From a virus (Duplodnaviria; Caudoviricetes): a DNA stretch of 53,940 nt. This document shows, piece after piece, positions 52,492-53,940 of the stretch. The notes beneath the pieces were generated by a model. That model did no database searches, had not been told where the DNA came from, and saw only the letters and a list, made by a program, of their open reading frames with translations. A program made the translations under genes and the position numbers. Location: positions 1 through 53,940 of IMG/VR virus record IMGVR_UViG_3300025779_000005, one strand, 5' to 3'. How positions within the stretch are numbered: the stretch's first letter is position 1; every line of letters begins with the position of its first letter.

Positions 52492-52800
52492 TTAAAATGG
52501 TGCTTCTTGCGTTTGCGAAACAGGTTGCGATAGCTGCTCTACTTGCTTGGCAATCTCGTTTTCGACCGCCGATATGCTAATGCAGCCAGCGACCCACGAG
52601 TAGGCCATGTCATAGGTGATGTCGGCGTATGGCACGAATTCAGCAGGATTTGGCGTCCCCAACTTGGCCGTACCCGAGGCCGACGATGAGATCGTGCCAT
52701 CGGTGCCGGTGCATACCCAATTCACCGCTGTAACAACATCGGTCAAGCCGTCGTATGTCGGCGATACAATGAACTGAGGGAACGTCCATGTGAATTTCAT
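52492..52800 (-). CDS. Small acidic protein after the fibre gene (putative fibre chaperone/accessory)
   Basis: MKFTW....GL.DVV..V.W...GTDG...F.PY.D.T....W; ATG overlaps the fibre TGA. Confidence 0.65.
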   Translation of the reverse strand: MKFTWTFPQFIVSPTYDGLTDVVTAVNWVCTGTDGTISSSASGTAKLGTPNPAEFVPYADITYDMAYSWVAGCISISAVENEIAKQVEQLSQPVSQTQEAPF

Positions 52801-53940
52801 CAGACGCATTCATACCATGTTGAAAGGCTGGCACCGATTGCCGAATAGGTTGCTCCTGCCGGAACAGCAGCAAAGACCGTAAACCCACCGGACCCACCGC
52901 CCACATTGTTATCGGCAATTTGACTTCCATTAACAGTTAATGCTGCCGTGCTAGCACCCCCGTTTACCTGAATGTAGATTGACACGAAGATTAACTTACC
53001 AGTGGTGTTGGTATATGTGGTTCCAAGCGCCCTACTTCCTGTATAATTGGTCCACGTTGTTCCAACTACAGTTCCGGGTGAAGAGTTACCAATTGTAATT
53101 GAACCAGCACCATTCGTGACAGTAATACCTGAACCAGCTGTAATAGTTGAACGGGTAAAGTTTGTTCCGTTTCCAATATCAATTGCACCATTAGCTGGCG
53201 TTGATGTCAAACCAGTACCACCGTTGGCAACTGCTACAGTTCCAGACACGTTTCCGGCTGTTGTTGCATTCGTTGCATTCGTCGCGGTTGCGGCATTTCC
53301 ACCGATGCTTAACGATGAAGCCGTTCCTGTAAGACCCGTACCCGCACCAGAAAATGACGTTGCCGTCACTGTTCCATTAACGGTCAAAAGAGTGCTTGGC
53401 GAAGTCGTCCCAATGCCTACGTTGCCGGAGGAGTCGATACGCATACGCTCAGTTGATGTTCCTGATGTGTTTGCTGTATTAAACGTCAATCGTCCGGGAA
53501 CAATATTAGTGCTAACTGCGGCATCAACCTGAGCTATTATTTCTGCTGATGACGGGGACGACATTGTAGTGCCATCAGCACCAGACCATGCAATGCGACC
53601 TAAATTGTCCCCGCTTTGAACTGCCGTATAAGAACCAACACTGGTTCCTCGGCTTTTTGCCAAATACAAGCCGCCTTGAGTTCCAGCCGAATTAGCAAAT
53701 ACAGTCGCCTGATAGGCCCAACGAGAATCTGTCCCTGCTGTTTGAGTAAAAGGACTTTCTCCGTTATTTGTTGTTATTGATGATGTAGTGCCAATGAGCA
53801 GTTTGCCGGAGGAGTCGATACGCATACGTTCGTCAGAAGTGGTAAAATCACCAGCCGACGTTGTTCCATTGTTATAAAATACTAATGACCCAACGCCGTA
53901 AGAAGTTTGACGCACAAGACCAATACCGGCTTTAGTGGAT
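52800..53940 (-). CDS. Long tail fibre protein, C-terminal part (open at the window edge)
   Basis: Frame open from 53939 (STKAGIGLVRQTSYGVG...); two ERMRIDSSG repeats; VANGGTG repeat shared with 1870-2000; terminal W.NYT.SRA.GTTYTNTTGK.I.V tip domain. Confidence 0.85.
   Translation of the reverse strand, partial: STKAGIGLVRQTSYGVGSLVFYNNGTTSAGDFTTSDERMRIDSSGKLLIGTTSSITTNNGESPFTQTAGTDSRWAYQATVFANSAGTQGGLYLAKSRGTSVGSYTAVQSGDNLGRIAWSGADGTTMSSPSSAEIIAQVDAAVSTNIVPGRLTFNTANTSGTSTERMRIDSSGNVGIGTTSPSTLLTVNGTVTATSFSGAGTGLTGTASSLSIGGNAATATNATNATTAGNVSGTVAVANGGTGLTSTPANGAIDIGNGTNFTRSTITAGSGITVTNGAGSITIGNSSPGTVVGTTWTNYTGSRALGTTYTNTTGKLIFVSIYIQVNGGASTAALTVNGSQIADNNVGGGSGGFTVFAAVPAGATYSAIGASLSTWYECV

Noticed and set aside
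1-53940. Exact circular closure of the window
   Set aside because: Joining base 1 to base 53940 breaks the fibre frame (CAA-ATC-CAC-TAA); some bases are probably missing.

Overview
The window is a near-complete genome of a tailed dsDNA bacteriophage (Caudoviricetes), opened inside its tail-fibre gene. It has podovirus-type morphogenesis: a P22/T7-like short tail and no tape-measure or tube/sheath genes. The host is probably a proteobacterium, possibly an alphaproteobacterium; this is inference only. Layout: (i) A long minus-strand late operon runs 22445->1 and continues 53940->41343: terS, terL, portal, three unusual cargo polyproteins, GroES-like, scaffold, capsid, adaptor, tail fibre, holin/GH108 endolysin, tail tubular proteins, GNAT, ejection proteins. 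(ii) An AT-rich non-coding region flanked by two IHF-consensus sites, followed by a small plus-strand unit with tRNA-Pro(TGG), tRNA-Tyr(GTA) and a degenerate tRNA-like element. (iii) A minus-strand accessory block of paralogous minigenes joined by repeated RBS/stop-start junctions, plus a primase-polymerase. (iv) A plus-strand recombination/replication block (Sak4, SSB-like, YqaJ exonuclease, SF2 helicase, VRR-NUC) and small early genes. I recognised no integrase, replicative DNA polymerase, reverse transcriptase or CRISPR array. The most striking signal is a recurrent [K/R/H/Y]-x-x-G-G-x-[V/I/A/T] diglycine motif. It occurs about 30 times in seven otherwise unrelated late proteins and sits at boundaries between ADP-ribosyltransferase-like, muralytic and basic-peptide modules. 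This suggests a virion-packaged, proteolytically processed polyprotein cargo system. All functional calls come from motif recognition by eye, not from database searches.
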